Assembly (NCBI GenBank): GCA_036781285.1
Contig: DAIQBH010000001.1
Span: 24,856 to 88,855, forward strand
Length of the DNA stretch: 64,000 bases
DNA from: Thermodesulfobacteriota bacterium
GTDB taxonomy: Bacteria > Desulfobacterota > Binatia > UTPRO1
Reading direction: 5' to 3'
Part shown: positions 63,970 to 64,000 of the stretch, one piece after another
How positions within the stretch are numbered: the stretch's first letter is position 1
Layout: the number at the start of each line of letters is the position of its first letter
The notes under the pieces: generated by a model
Databases searched by the model: none
Told to the model about the DNA's origin: nothing
The model's input: only the letters and a program-made list of their open reading frames with translations
Made by a program: the position numbers and the translations under genes

Positions 63970-64000
63970 AACGGACATGACGACCGACGAGCACGAGATC
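63958..64000 (+). CDS. Probable anti-sigma factor, first 14 codons only
   Basis: ATG overlapping the sigma-factor stop, beginning [14 protein letters not shown] and running off the window. Confidence 0.4.

Overview
This is a high-GC bacterial chromosomal segment (roughly two-thirds G+C by eye) covering the replication-origin neighbourhood. It is dense with housekeeping genes. I saw no rRNA or tRNA genes, CRISPR arrays, IS elements, integrases or prophage genes.

Gene content, left to right:
- A partial YyaL/DUF255 thioredoxin-domain gene at the window start, then an M14 peptidase-like gene, two tandem acyl-CoA dehydrogenases and a TetR regulator.
- A RodZ-like HTH/DUF4115 protein with an overlapping DoxX-like membrane protein.
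- An F1-sector ATP synthase operon on the minus strand (atpF'-atpF-atpH-atpA-atpG-atpD-atpC).
- A bactofilin directly downstream of parB and parA, with two consensus parS sites upstream of parA.
- The minus-strand run rsmG-mnmG-mnmE-yidC-yidD-rnpA-rpmH, preceded by a Cys-rich 75-aa zinc-ribbon-like protein, and a divergent PadR regulator.
- gyrA-gyrB-dnaN-[candidate oriC]-dnaA, all on the minus strand, with no recF.
- hemL, then a separate plus-strand F0 operon (atpZ-like, atpI, atpB, atpE) ending in a strong terminator, and a ParB paralog.
- A CorC/CNNM transporter, small hypothetical genes, and a module of two inverted paralogous unknown genes flanking a plant-type glutamate-cysteine ligase and a LexA-like S24-domain protein.
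- Cell-wall enzymes (two L,D-transpeptidases, a PBP5-like carboxypeptidase with a SPOR domain), a cold-shock protein, and a translationally coupled glpD / AGPS-like flavoprotein / glpK / HAD operon.
- Dodecin, a zincin-like peptidase, an SDR, an LMW-PTP-like gene with no canonical start, a CoA-binding protein, NUDIX, an orphan histidine kinase and a flavin reductase.
- glmU-glmS and a ribBX-type riboflavin gene.
- A redox cluster: PagL-like outer-membrane protein, DsbD-N-like protein, Hsp33 (hslO), hemerythrin, an acyl-ACP desaturase-like di-iron protein and an ECF sigma/anti-sigma pair.

The most distinctive features are:
- the likely oriC between dnaA and dnaN, with an AT-rich unwinding stretch;
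- the parS pair;
- the bactofilin-ParAB linkage together with a second ParB next to the F0 genes;
- signal-peptide-like N-terminal extensions on ATP synthase subunits b and c, with a periplasmic His-rich tract on b;
- the inverted-paralog / gshA / S24-like module, which is the best candidate for an undescribed system;
- the AGPS-like flavoprotein embedded in the glycerol operon.

Gene order (mnmE, mnmG and a bactofilin next to parAB) suggests a Myxococcota/delta-proteobacterial genome, but that is inference.
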